Source: Polyangiaceae bacterium (GTDB lineage: Bacteria > Myxococcota_A > Polyangia > Polyangiales > Polyangiaceae). Taken from it: 64,000 nucleotides of DNA. Under the pieces are notes generated by a model, which had not been told where the DNA came from, did not search any database, and worked only from the letters and a program-made list of their open reading frames with translations. The stretch spans positions 320,001-384,000 of the forward strand of contig CBDCTZ010000015.1 of NCBI GenBank assembly GCA_965222375.1, in the 5' to 3' direction. This document shows positions 38,161 through 48,095 of this stretch, piece by piece. The position numbers and the translations under genes were made by a program. Numbering within the stretch: the first letter of the stretch is position 1; every line of letters starts with the position of its first letter.

Positions 38161-39366
38161 ATGCGTGGGCGATGCGAGAGATCTGGCACCGCCGCTTTCA
38201 TCGCCGGCGTCGCAATCGGGTGCGGAGGCACATCCGCGGGCCCTAAGGCTCCGAAGACGGCGCCACCCATAGCGACGCTGTCGCTCTTTGCGGAGGGGCC
38301 GTGCTCGACGCTTTCAATAGCGGCCGCAGGAAAGCGACGCTTCATCGTGTTTGGAGATCATGGACGCCGTTTCGGAGGTTGGCTTCCCGGGGAGGCCCTC
38401 GCAGCTGCGCAGTCGCTGGTCGAGCTGCGTGGCGGCCGGGCCTACCGGCGTCCGGAGCTGGTCGACGGCTTACCAACAGACGCTCGCGGCTACGTGCGGG
38501 GAGCGCTCGAAGTCGGCGGCAGCGCCGACGCACCCTGGCTCGTGCGCACAACGACTCGCTACAGCAAGACCAAGCGCGGCCCTCTCTTCGAAAAAGTGAG
38601 CGATGGGTACCTATTCGATTCGAAGTGGCGATCCACGACCGAGCCAGTGTCCATCCCGGCTCGCGCCCGGCGCCTCCCAGGCCTGCCACGCAGCACGGCC
38701 TGCGGTGGCGGCCTGCGCTGGGTAGCCCTGGCATGGACACCGACCCCAGCTGGCGGCGTGGTCGTCGCGGGGCGCTGCGACGACGCGCGCGCGGCCAATC
38801 TGCTCCAGACGAGAGTGGTCGTTGCCCATGGAGCACCGAACGCGACTACCTGGAAACTCAGCGAGCTGCCCGAAACGGACGTGCTCGATGGGATCGTCAA
38901 CCTCGATGTCTACGCTGCAGCTGAAGACAACGTGTACGTCAGCGCCTACGAACCCTACAAGGAGCCGGAAGAGCGCCACTCCTATCTGGCGCACTTCGAC
39001 GGCAAGCGATGGCGCGACCTGCCTATCGACATCGATGACGGTATCATGGCTATCAGCGGGGATGGCGAAGGCAGCCTATGGCTCGCCGCAGGCCGGGCCG
39101 CGTACGTGATGCGAAAGCGGCGCGTCGAGCGATTGCTGCTGCCCCGACTCAAGTACGTTTCAGGAGCCCAACCGACCCTGCACGTTCACGATGTTCACCA
39201 TCTCGACTCTGAGTTGTGGATAGAGGCAAGCTATCGAGTGGCGCTTCCGGGAAAGCGTGGCTCCCACTGGGCAAGCGCTCTGTTCAGTTCTCGAGCCCCG
39301 GCAGCACCATTGTATTGCGATGCCCGGGAGCCGGCAGAAAGCGCACTCGTCGAGGGCAAGCCATGA
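38161..39366 (+). CDS. Hypothetical lipoprotein (possible beta-propeller)
   Basis: AIGC lipobox-like; LAHFDGKRW, ISGDGEGSLWL; start uncertain. Confidence 0.65.
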   Translation: MRGRCERSGTAAFIAGVAIGCGGTSAGPKAPKTAPPIATLSLFAEGPCSTLSIAAAGKRRFIVFGDHGRRFGGWLPGEALAAAQSLVELRGGRAYRRPELVDGLPTDARGYVRGALEVGGSADAPWLVRTTTRYSKTKRGPLFEKVSDGYLFDSKWRSTTEPVSIPARARRLPGLPRSTACGGGLRWVALAWTPTPAGGVVVAGRCDDARAANLLQTRVVVAHGAPNATTWKLSELPETDVLDGIVNLDVYAAAEDNVYVSAYEPYKEPEERHSYLAHFDGKRWRDLPIDIDDGIMAISGDGEGSLWLAAGRAAYVMRKRRVERLLLPRLKYVSGAQPTLHVHDVHHLDSELWIEASYRVALPGKRGSHWASALFSSRAPAAPLYCDAREPAESALVEGKP

Positions 39367-41231
39367 CGCGCGTTGGAGCATCGCTGCTGATCGCGCTGTT
39401 GGTTGGCCTCGCACCGCACAGCGCCACCGCGTTGTTCCCCCCGCGCTATGCCGCATGCCAAGACGAATCCGAGCGGCGCACCGTCAAGCTGAGCAAGCAG
39501 CCAACGCCGCTATGGCTGCCGCTCCCGAAGAAGCGCATTGCACCGCTCCGAGTCGCACCAATGGAAGTCGACGATGTTGCCCACGCGGAGGCGATGCCCT
39601 CCCGTCGCGTCGCCCCGCGCGAAAAACCACCGACTCGCGTTGTGCTGGTTCAGAGCCGCAATGATTACCGCTGCGTGGGGATCCCGCGGGGCACACCAGG
39701 TATCCTACGGGTGATCTCAGCACCGCCCGGCGCCCGCTTCTACCGCCACAATCATCCGAACTCCTGGCGCCAAAGGAACATGCGCGCGGCGGGGGTATTC
39801 AACTTGAAGAGCGCGGTACCAGCGCTGCGCCGCGAGCTGGCGCGACCCATACCCAAGGACGCGGAACCCTGGCTGCAGCACCAGCTGCGACGCAACAAGC
39901 ACTACGCCGCCCGCGCGTTGGCGGACATGGGGGACCGCACGTCCGGCCCGGCGGTGCTGGCACTGCTCCGTAGCCTCGAGCGTGACGGATTCAACCTCTG
40001 GCGAGACACCCTGGACACGCTGCTGCGTCTAGAACCGCGCAGAGCACAAGCTTATGCCTTGGACCTGATCCGCCGCGCGACGCGCGATCCGAAGCTGTTC
40101 AAAGAAAACTCCCAGCTGCTCACAGATGTTCTCCCCCTCGTCACCACTCCCAGCGCCGGAGCCCGGGACGTGATCGAGCGGGCAGCATTCACCCTCGTGA
40201 CCGATGACGCCGCCGCGCGTGGCCACTTTTCCGGCGCGTGCGAACTAGTCGCCGCCCGGGTCCGCATGGGCAACACCCAGCTGCAAAGCGAGTTGCGCCA
40301 CGAGCTCGCGACAGATCTGCGCACCCAGCGAGCTGTGGCTTGTTACAGCAAGTGGATGCCGGTGCTCTTCCCGGGCCACGACTCCCGCGAGGCGGATGCT
40401 TGGATGCATCGCCATCGCTACCTGGCTTTGCTCAACTGGCTGGCGCGGACTCGGAAGGGCGAGCCGAGCCAGAACGATGTCGACGCCCGACGCCGATTGC
40501 TGAGTTGGCTAAAGGCCCGCGCGAAAAAGCCCGACATCGTCAAGAACGAGCGCGACCGCCGTTACTCGCCCAACAAGCGAGCGCTGCACTTGGCGGCGCT
40601 CGCTGCCATGGGTGAGCGCAGCGCCAAGTCAGCTTTGGACACTCTGATCAGGGACCCCGCTGATGACGGAACAGCACCCTGGATCGCAGCCTTGCATGCG
40701 CTGCGCCTGGAGCTGCCTGCTGCCGCGGATCTGGCCGCTGAGCGCCTGCGCCTTGGCATTAGGCAATCTACCCGGCGATTTTCGAGCAAGCGCTGGGACA
40801 GACGCGGGGCCGTGAACATCACAGAGCAGGGGCACGTGATCGAGGAGTTGGCGCGGCGTGGCGATGCACGCTTCGCCCTTGGCCTACTGAGTAGGTCGGT
40901 GTTCGATCGCGAGCTGACCGCAATGCTCGTTGCACGCCGCAAGCCGGCACGAGCCTGCGAGATCGTGGGCAACGCGGCAGCCAAAGCCCAGCGACAGGCC
41001 GTGGACGACGCCTTCTGGTCCCTCAGCGTGCTGGGCAGCAAGTGCCGGGCCACCATGCAGCGCCTGACGAAGGACTCGTCTCAGCCGCCATCTGTGCGCG
41101 GCATGGCCAATGAGTACCTAGCAATGTTGCGAGACAAGTCGGTGCCGTCGCACACTGCGGTCTTGCTGCGCGACCGCGACCATCGCGCCAGCGCCCAGCG
41201 CGCCCGTATCATATTCAGTGCAAAGGAATGA
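39363..41231 (+). CDS. Hypothetical secreted HEAT/armadillo-like repeat protein
   Basis: ATGA overlap; signal peptide; helical repeats AARALADMGD and ALAAMGE. Confidence 0.7.
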   Translation: MTRVGASLLIALLVGLAPHSATALFPPRYAACQDESERRTVKLSKQPTPLWLPLPKKRIAPLRVAPMEVDDVAHAEAMPSRRVAPREKPPTRVVLVQSRNDYRCVGIPRGTPGILRVISAPPGARFYRHNHPNSWRQRNMRAAGVFNLKSAVPALRRELARPIPKDAEPWLQHQLRRNKHYAARALADMGDRTSGPAVLALLRSLERDGFNLWRDTLDTLLRLEPRRAQAYALDLIRRATRDPKLFKENSQLLTDVLPLVTTPSAGARDVIERAAFTLVTDDAAARGHFSGACELVAARVRMGNTQLQSELRHELATDLRTQRAVACYSKWMPVLFPGHDSREADAWMHRHRYLALLNWLARTRKGEPSQNDVDARRRLLSWLKARAKKPDIVKNERDRRYSPNKRALHLAALAAMGERSAKSALDTLIRDPADDGTAPWIAALHALRLELPAAADLAAERLRLGIRQSTRRFSSKRWDRRGAVNITEQGHVIEELARRGDARFALGLLSRSVFDRELTAMLVARRKPARACEIVGNAAAKAQRQAVDDAFWSLSVLGSKCRATMQRLTKDSSQPPSVRGMANEYLAMLRDKSVPSHTAVLLRDRDHRASAQRARIIFSAKE

Positions 41232-41257
41232 GCCCGGCGTGAATGCGGTATGCAGAC

Positions 41258-43057
41258 TCAGCGCTTCAAGTTGACCGCGGCGCGCGCCAGCGTCCGCGCC
41301 AGCGCAGAGGTGGAGAATGGCTTTTCGAGTACACGCTCTGGATCAACGGACAGACCACGTTGACTCAGCGCGTCTCCAGGGTAGCCGGACATGAATACGA
41401 CGTTCTGTGCGCCCAGCTCGCGCGCGAGCGTCGGACCGTCCATTTCCGGCATCACGACGTCGCTGAGCAGCAAGTCGAACTGCTCCACGAACTCGGTGCC
41501 ACGGCCCAGGGCCTCACCGGGGCCGCTGAGCGCCGTGACCTGATGGCCAATCTCGACCAACGCGCGTTCGACGACTGAGCGGACCGCGGCATCATCTTCG
41601 ACTAGCAGGATCCGAAGCTTCTGAGTCAGCGCAGACTCGCCTGCGTCGGAGGGATCCGAAGCCACTTCCGTCGCCGCAGGCCAATACACGACGAAGGTGC
41701 TGCCACCACCGGGAACGTCGGTCACCTCGATCGTTCCCCCTGCTCGAGACACGATGCCGAAAACGGTAGCGAGCCCCAAACCAGTGCCTTGGCCGGGGGC
41801 CTTGCTGGTGTAGAAGGGCTCGAAGATCCGTTCGCGATCTTCTGGAGCGATTCCAGGCCCCCGGTCTGTAACGGATAGCTGCAGCCCCTCCAGCCCCTCC
41901 CGTTCTTGCCTCAGTGTACGGATCTGGATCTTGCCACCCTCGGGCATGGCGTCACGGGCGTTGACCGCGAGGTTCAGGATCACTTGGGTGAATTGACCAA
42001 CATCCCCACAAATTGGTTCAACGCTGCCATCGAGTTGCACCTCGAGCACATAGTCTTCGCCGAGCAGTCTTCGCAGCAGGCCTGATGCCTCGTCGACTGC
42101 GGCGTTCGGGTCCATGACCTGCAGCCGAACCACTGGTTGACGACCGAACGCCAACAGTTGTCGCGTGAGATCCGCGGCACGCTGGCTTGCGACATCTATC
42201 TGGTTCACTCGATCTGCACTGACACCCTCTCGCCGCAGCAGTTCGACGTTGCCAATGATCACCGTCAGCAGGTTGTTGAAGTCGTGAGCAACTCCGCCGG
42301 CAAGCCGCCCGAGGCTTTCCATTCGCTCAGACCGTGCTAGTCGACGCCGAAGCGCTGCCTCTTCTTCCTGTGCGCGCACCCGGTCTGAAGTATCGCGAAC
42401 GACCGCGAGCACCTCACCGGGGCCTAGCCGGGTTACGCTAACTTCGACGTCAACCACGTTGCCGCTAGCATGCCGCAACTGGCGCGAGATGACGTAGCGG
42501 TCCTCGTCCCGTAGACGAGACAGCTGCATGGGATTGTCACCCAAGTCAGCGATGCCCTGGTCCGCGGACATCCCAAGCACCTGCTCGCGTGAGTACCCCA
42601 GCATGTCGCACAGCCTGGCGTTGACTTCCAGCGGCTTTGCTTCGCCGTCCATGATCATGATGCCGTCGCCTGCGGCCTCGAACAGGCGACTGTAGCGAGA
42701 CTCCGTACGACGCTGCTCGCTCAGATCTCGCACCGCCGACACGCGCATGTGATGTCCATCGACCTGGGCGAGGCGCCCGCGGATTTCGGCCGGAAACTGA
42801 GAGCCGTCACACCGCAACCCAGTGGTCTCATAAGGCGCACTACTTTCCTGATCGATGGCACTAGCTACCCGTTTGTGGTCGCGCGCAACGACGAACTCGA
42901 TCGCGTGGCGCCCCAAGATCTGGGCGCGGTCGCCCCGGAGCATTTCGACCAAAGCGTCGTTGCATTCGATGATGACTCCGTCATCAAGCAACGCCACGCC
43001 CTCAAAAGCCGCTGCAGCCAAGGCGCGCCAGCGCGGTTCATCAACAGAGGAAGGCAT
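41258..43057 (-). CDS. Cytoplasmic PAS-PAS hybrid histidine kinase / receiver (CckA-like)
   Basis: Two PAS domains; GRLAGGVAHDFNNLLTVI, NLAVNARDAMP, GTGLGL; receiver LLVEDD...SDVVMP. Confidence 0.93.
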   Translation of the reverse strand: MPSSVDEPRWRALAAAAFEGVALLDDGVIIECNDALVEMLRGDRAQILGRHAIEFVVARDHKRVASAIDQESSAPYETTGLRCDGSQFPAEIRGRLAQVDGHHMRVSAVRDLSEQRRTESRYSRLFEAAGDGIMIMDGEAKPLEVNARLCDMLGYSREQVLGMSADQGIADLGDNPMQLSRLRDEDRYVISRQLRHASGNVVDVEVSVTRLGPGEVLAVVRDTSDRVRAQEEEAALRRRLARSERMESLGRLAGGVAHDFNNLLTVIIGNVELLRREGVSADRVNQIDVASQRAADLTRQLLAFGRQPVVRLQVMDPNAAVDEASGLLRRLLGEDYVLEVQLDGSVEPICGDVGQFTQVILNLAVNARDAMPEGGKIQIRTLRQEREGLEGLQLSVTDRGPGIAPEDRERIFEPFYTSKAPGQGTGLGLATVFGIVSRAGGTIEVTDVPGGGSTFVVYWPAATEVASDPSDAGESALTQKLRILLVEDDAAVRSVVERALVEIGHQVTALSGPGEALGRGTEFVEQFDLLLSDVVMPEMDGPTLARELGAQNVVFMSGYPGDALSQRGLSVDPERVLEKPFSTSALARTLARAAVNLKR

Positions 43058-43128
43058 CGGGCCCCATCTTGCCTCGTGGTCGGGCAGAAGTCATCGAGGC
43101 TGTCTCGACAACGCGATTTAGCATCAGG

Positions 43129-44000
43129 TCAGCTTGACAGCTGCTGCTTATCTTGGGTCTTGGTGTCGAAGTCGCTTGCGTCGTGACGCTCGTGCAACTG
43201 CGATTCCGGCTTGCCAAAGGACCGATTGACCATGCGTCCACGCTTGGCAGCGGGGCGCGCGGCGATCTCCTGGGTCCACCGATTCACGTGGGTGTAGCCG
43301 GCAGCGTCCAGGAACTCGGCAGCGTCATAAACATGACCTGCGACAAGTGCTCCATACCAAGGCCACGTCGCGATGTCCGCAATCGTACACTCATCACCAG
43401 CCAGGAAGCGGCTTTCAGCGAGCCGCTTGTCCAACACATCGAGCTGGCGTTTCGCCTCCATGGCAAAGCGGTCGATGGCGTACTCGATCTTGACGGGCGC
43501 ATAGGCGTAGAAATGGCCGAAGCCACCACCGAGATAAGGAGCAGCGCCCATCTGCCAAAACAGCCAGGACAAGCACTCCGCCCTGCCACGCGGATCCCTT
43601 GGAAGCAACGCGCCAAACCTCTCGGCCAAGTACAAGAGGATGGCACCGGACTCGAACACGCGTGTTGGTGGGTCCGTAGTTCGGTCGACCATCGCAGGGA
43701 TCTTCGAGTTTGGGTTGATCTGGACGAAGCCACTGCCGAATTGCTCGCCTTCCAAGATGTTGATCAACCATGCGTCGTACTCGGCACCGCTGTGACCCAG
43801 GGCTAGCAGCTCTTCAAACATCACAGTGACCTTCACGCCGTTGGGTGTCGCGAGGGAATACACCTGAAACGGGTGTTCTCCGACGGGTAGCTCCTTGTCG
43901 TGAGTCGCGCCGGCGATTGGGCGATTGATCTTTGAAAACCGGCCTCCGCTTTCGCTATCCCAAGACCAGACTTTCGGGGGGTGTAGGAGGGTTGGGTCAC
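43129..44000 (-). CDS. yghU: Glutathione-dependent disulfide-bond oxidoreductase (GST Nu class), apparent -1 frameshift near the start
   Basis: PKVWSW...NRPIAGATHDKELPVG.HP.Q.YSLATPNG, NPNSKIP, FESGAIL, GGGFGHFY; GTG 44000 (MTQPSYTP) joins if the G6 run at 43976-43981 is G7. Confidence 0.88.
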
Positions 44001-44164
44001 GGCTCGAGATCCGTTCGTAGTGGGCTGCAACAGGAGTACTACCTGATGAAACGCTTGTGCCTAGAGGCCCTATGTAGAGTGGTACCCTGGAAGTCAACCC
44101 CGTCTGGAGCGATCCGAAGCGTCGAATGTCATGGGCGCCGTCGCGGGGGCGACGACACAGCCGT

Positions 44165-45091
44165 ATGCTGCCCGGCGTGGAGGAACAGTCGAGCCCCAAA
44201 CTCTCGCGCGTCATGGGGCGCCGGAGCCCTCACCGTCTACGCCGTCGGCGACATTCTTGGTGCCGGCATCTACGCCCTGGTCGCAAAGTCTCGGGCGAGG
44301 CGGGCCGTGGGCTGAGCCTGGAGGATCTGGGCGAGCGCCCGAGCCCACACGCTGGCGGCTCTGGCGTCCTCGCTGGTGCGAGCCCGTTCTACGCATACGT
44401 TGGCTTCGAGGACGCCGCCAACGTCGCGGAGGAGGTCAAGGCCCCTGAACGCGCTCTGCCGCGAGCGATCTTGACGGCGCTGGTGGTCTCGACGTTGCTC
44501 TATCTTGCCGTATCGGTGGCGGCGCTGTTGACCGTGCCAACGGGAGAGCTCGCCAGCTCGAGCGCGCCGCTCCTCGCAGTGCTCGATGCCGCAGGTGTGC
44601 CGGTACCTCGTGGCGCGTTCTCCATCGTGGCGCTCTTTGCCATCTGCAACACGAGCCTACTGAATCTCATCATGGCGTCGCGTCTGCTCTACGGAATGTC
44701 GCGAGAGGGGCTGCTACCTGCAGCATTGGGACGCTTGCATGAGCGACGCCGAACCCCGCATCTAGCTGTCGTGCTCACCCTCGTGCTAGCCGCTTTGCTT
44801 GCGTTGAGCGGCGGCATGACGTTTCTCGCTCAGCTCACCGCGCTCTTACTGCTGATCGTGTTCCTGGTGCTGCACGCTTCACTCCTGCGCATCAAGCGCC
44901 GCTTCGGCCACGCCGCCGAAAACGCCTTCGTCGCGCCGCGTTGGGTCCCGATTGTGGGCTCGGTCTTGTGCTTGCTCCTCACCTCGCAGTTTCCGGCAAA
45001 GTCCTACCTTGGCGCAGGGGTGGTCATCGCCGCTGCCCTCGTCGTCTACGCTGCGGTCCCCCGCGCTCCGAACGCTACGGCAGCCCGCTGA
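44165..45091 (+). pseudogene. APC-family amino acid permease, frameshifted and internally deleted
   Basis: TM1 VGDILGAGIYAL in a shifted frame, then almost directly FYAYVGFEDAANVAEEV (TM6); SRLLYGMSREGLLP, RRTP; roughly TM2-TM5 missing. Confidence 0.7.
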
Positions 45092-45138
45092 AGCCAACGC
45101 TGCCCCGGGGCGATCCGATGGTCGTCCTCACACGCGCG

Positions 45139-45666
45139 TCACTGGCATCGGCCGGAGTCGGCCCCTTGCCCGCCCGGTTGCTTGCAGGTCGACATGGTTG
45201 GGCCGTACCCGCCCGTGGCGCAAACGCCTTTGGGACAGTTCAAACTGTTGAATTTCTTGCTCAGTGCTTCGAGTTCGTCGATCTCAGCCTTATTGCTCGA
45301 ATCCATAAAGTCCCAATGCCCACACGGCGGTAGGTAGACCTGGACCGAGCAGGTGCTGGGTCCGCCGAGCAACGAACACTCTTTCGCCTTCTGCAAGGCC
45401 GCCTCGTGCTGCGCCAGGATCGCATCGCATTGGCCCGTGCCTCCCGTGCCCCCTTCGATGCCGCCGTCGGGTGTCGACCCCGCCGAGCCCGCCGAGCTCC
45501 CGGCACTTCCCGCGGCACCGCCGGATGCCCCGGCGGCACCACCCGTGGCCGCACCCGCTTCGCCGGCTGCACCACCGCTCGAGGGCGAATCTTCAGACGT
45601 CCCGGCACATGCAACAAAGGATGCGAGGAAACCGAAACACACGAATCGGAAGCTGCACATTGTCAT
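45139..45666 (-). CDS. Small lipoprotein with Gly linker and Cys-rich domain
   Basis: FVAC-AGTSED; Gly/Ala linker; 8-Cys C-terminal region. Confidence 0.72.
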   Translation of the reverse strand: MTMCSFRFVCFGFLASFVACAGTSEDSPSSGGAAGEAGAATGGAAGASGGAAGSAGSSAGSAGSTPDGGIEGGTGGTGQCDAILAQHEAALQKAKECSLLGGPSTCSVQVYLPPCGHWDFMDSSNKAEIDELEALSKKFNSLNCPKGVCATGGYGPTMSTCKQPGGQGADSGRCQ

Positions 45667-45888
45667 TCTCCGGCTGGTCGTTGCTGCAACCCGAGTGACG
45701 GGTTCAATACCAATCCTAGACGCAACCCTCATGCCGACACTGCCCCCAAGAAGCTCGCAAACGAGCAGCGCCAAAACCGCAGCGGAGGTGCCGATCCGGA
45801 AGGCGAGCGCCCTCGCTACTCGCAGGCCGCAAACAAACGTCCAGCAGCGCCCGAATCAAATGGCACAGTGTGGCACACAGGTCGGTGG

Positions 45889-46470
45889 CTACCCGCCGCC
45901 AGCCGCTTTCGTCGCGGATAGGATCTCCGAGATGCTCACGCGCTCTTTGTAGGTCTCGAGAAATCCGCGCCATGCAACCTTGCCAGCCTTGTCGATCACA
46001 TAGACGGCTGGCCACGCGATCTCATTGCCGACGTCGAACACGCCAAAAGCCTTCGTCAGCTTGTGGTCCGTGTCACTGAGGATCGGGTAGGCCAGGCTCA
46101 ACTTCTGCGCCAGAGCCTTGGAGTCATCGACCGTGTCCACGCTCAGCGCGACCAGCTCAGCTCCGAGTTCCGTGAACCTCGCATGACTCTTTTGCAGCTC
46201 ACCTAGCTGCTTTCGGCAGTAGGGTCACCAATGGCCACGAAAGAAGACCAGCACCGTCGTCTTTTCGCCACGACTCCACTCACCGCGAGTCGTAGGGATC
46301 TTGTTCAGCGCTGGCGCCACTGCGCCCACGGCCAGAGCCGACGCGTCGATGCCCTTTGGCGCGGAGTTGCGCCGCGCCTGCGCTGGGGCCTTGGACTTCC
46401 CCGGCGATTCACAGCCCGGCGCCAACGCCGCGAGGGCCAGGGCAGATGCGCAGGCGACCATGAATCTCAT
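45889..46470 (-). CDS. Peroxiredoxin-like (AhpC/TSA) lipoprotein; probable selenoprotein (UxxC)
   Basis: ORFs 46225-46470 and 45889-46140 are one frame: VLVFFRGHW-TGA-PYCRKQLGEL...LVALSVD...YPILSD...PAVYVIDKAGKV; lipobox LAPGC; SECIS-like hairpin downstream. Confidence 0.85.
46194..46210 (-). promoter_or_regulatory. Candidate bacterial SECIS hairpin
   Basis: GCAGCU-AGGUG-AGCUGC; loop begins 20 nt after the UGA with G at loop position 2. Confidence 0.6.
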
Positions 46471-46479
46471 GCTTGGAGT

Positions 46480-47490
46480 TTACCTCACCGGGCGCATGCG
46501 TGTCTGACCATCGCGTTGGGTGCTGAGATGCAGCTCCATGATGCCCTTCGGCGACGTGGTACGACTGACGACGTCGAAGGTCATGCTGCTCGTCTTCTTC
46601 GGGGGGAGCAGCTTGGGGTCCGTGGGGAAGAGCCCCGTGAGACGCGCGCGCAGCTTGCCGCGCACGACCTTCGTGTCTTTCGGCAATCCGGGCAGGTGCT
46701 CGATGTCCGCCTCCATGCGGCCCAGGACTTCCAAACAAGGCACGCCTTCGACCTGTCGCTCGGCTACTAGGGTGGTCTTCCCGTTCAGACTGCGCAACTT
46801 GGCAATGCCCTCCTCTTCCATCGACTGCTTGCCACGCTTGCTGTTGATGGGCCAGCTCTCACCGATGGCTCGCGGCTCCGACGTGCCGAAGATTTCTTGA
46901 TCGTTGGCGCGGCTCTTGCGCAAGGAGATGACTAGCTTGGCCGCAGCGAGTTGCTCTTTGCTGAGCGGTCCCGCGCTCGAGGTGATGGATCGCTCCGCTT
47001 TGCCGCCACGCTGCACTGTGAGGACCGTGCCTGGCTTGAAGATCGGCTTCATTCCCCGGCCCATTCGCGCGGCAAAGCGCTTGATCGTGTAGCGGGTACG
47101 GCTTGGGCGCCCCTTGACGGTAACGGCAAGAACTTCAGTGACCGCTTCGAACTCGACATGTTGACGAAGAGTTTGGTTCTTCACGACCTTCCCGTTCTGA
47201 ATGACTCGCTGGGAGGTCAGATCCGAAACCGTGCGAGTCAGACGCACGCGTTCCCCAACCCTCGCTTTGCGGAACAACACAACGCGGAACTTGCCGTCCG
47301 GCACCGCCGCGACGGGCGGTTCGTCCGCAGCGATTTCCGCGGAGTGTTCCCCTCCCGGCGCGGGAGTTTCTTCCGCGCCCGCCGCGGCAGGCGGGTCCGG
47401 CTGGGTGGATGCGCTCTGCGCTGCGGGTTTCGGACCGCAGGCGACCAGCAAGGCGGACAACAGGGCACATAGGAGGGCAGGTCGGCACAT
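46480..47490 (-). CDS. Hypothetical basic lipoprotein
   Basis: LLVAC lipobox; Pro/Ala linker; beta-rich domain; ends 9 bp upstream of the selenoprotein gene. Confidence 0.75.
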   Translation of the reverse strand: MCRPALLCALLSALLVACGPKPAAQSASTQPDPPAAAGAEETPAPGGEHSAEIAADEPPVAAVPDGKFRVVLFRKARVGERVRLTRTVSDLTSQRVIQNGKVVKNQTLRQHVEFEAVTEVLAVTVKGRPSRTRYTIKRFAARMGRGMKPIFKPGTVLTVQRGGKAERSITSSAGPLSKEQLAAAKLVISLRKSRANDQEIFGTSEPRAIGESWPINSKRGKQSMEEEGIAKLRSLNGKTTLVAERQVEGVPCLEVLGRMEADIEHLPGLPKDTKVVRGKLRARLTGLFPTDPKLLPPKKTSSMTFDVVSRTTSPKGIMELHLSTQRDGQTRMRPVR

Positions 47491-47575
47491 GGCCCGAGAT
47501 TAGGAAAAAAAAGTCGGTTTTGCGTGATCACTTTGGAGTCCGGATTGCGCGTTCCCCTTTGAAGGGAGATTCCGC

Positions 47576-47980
47576 ATGAAGAGACGACTCGACGGTTTTG
47601 TGGCAATTGCGCTGATTTTGGCTGGTGCAGCAGCCCCGGGCTGCGGAGGGGATGGCGGGGCAAACCCCGGCGGCGGCGGAGGGAGCGGCGGGGGCGGGAC
47701 AGGCGCCTCTACGCTGTCCGTCGAATTGGCCGCTGGCAACATCGACCGCGACGCCGGCGACGAGCTGGTAGTCGTATTCAACCAGATGGACCTGCCCCAG
47801 CGCTCTGGCATCGCGAGCTACTGGGTGTTCGACGACGAAAAAGCGGGCTTCGCGGAACTAGTGAAGAACGCGTCCATCAGCGCCACTTCCACAGTGTATC
47901 GCGGCACCATCGGCAGCATTGGCGAAGCCAACTTTGCCGACCATGTCTTCAGCGCTGGACGCCCGCAGACCAGCTCGTAG
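47576..47980 (+). pseudogene. Truncated or chimeric lipoprotein remnant
   Basis: APGC lipobox and Gly linker, AAGNIDRDAGDELVVV (FG-GAP-like), then ends abruptly into an antisense kinase fragment. Confidence 0.45.
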
Positions 47981-48027
47981 AGCACGACACCCAGAGACCA
48001 GATGTCGCTGCGCGCGTCGACGTCTCG
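47958..48027 (-). pseudogene. Ser/Thr kinase subdomain IX fragment
   Basis: [23 protein letters not shown] with no other kinase motifs nearby. Confidence 0.6.
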
Positions 48028-48095
48028 TGACGACCCGCTAGACCGCCTTCGCCGTGCCACTGTCAAGAGTACGCCCGCTCTGACAAAGCGTGCGC

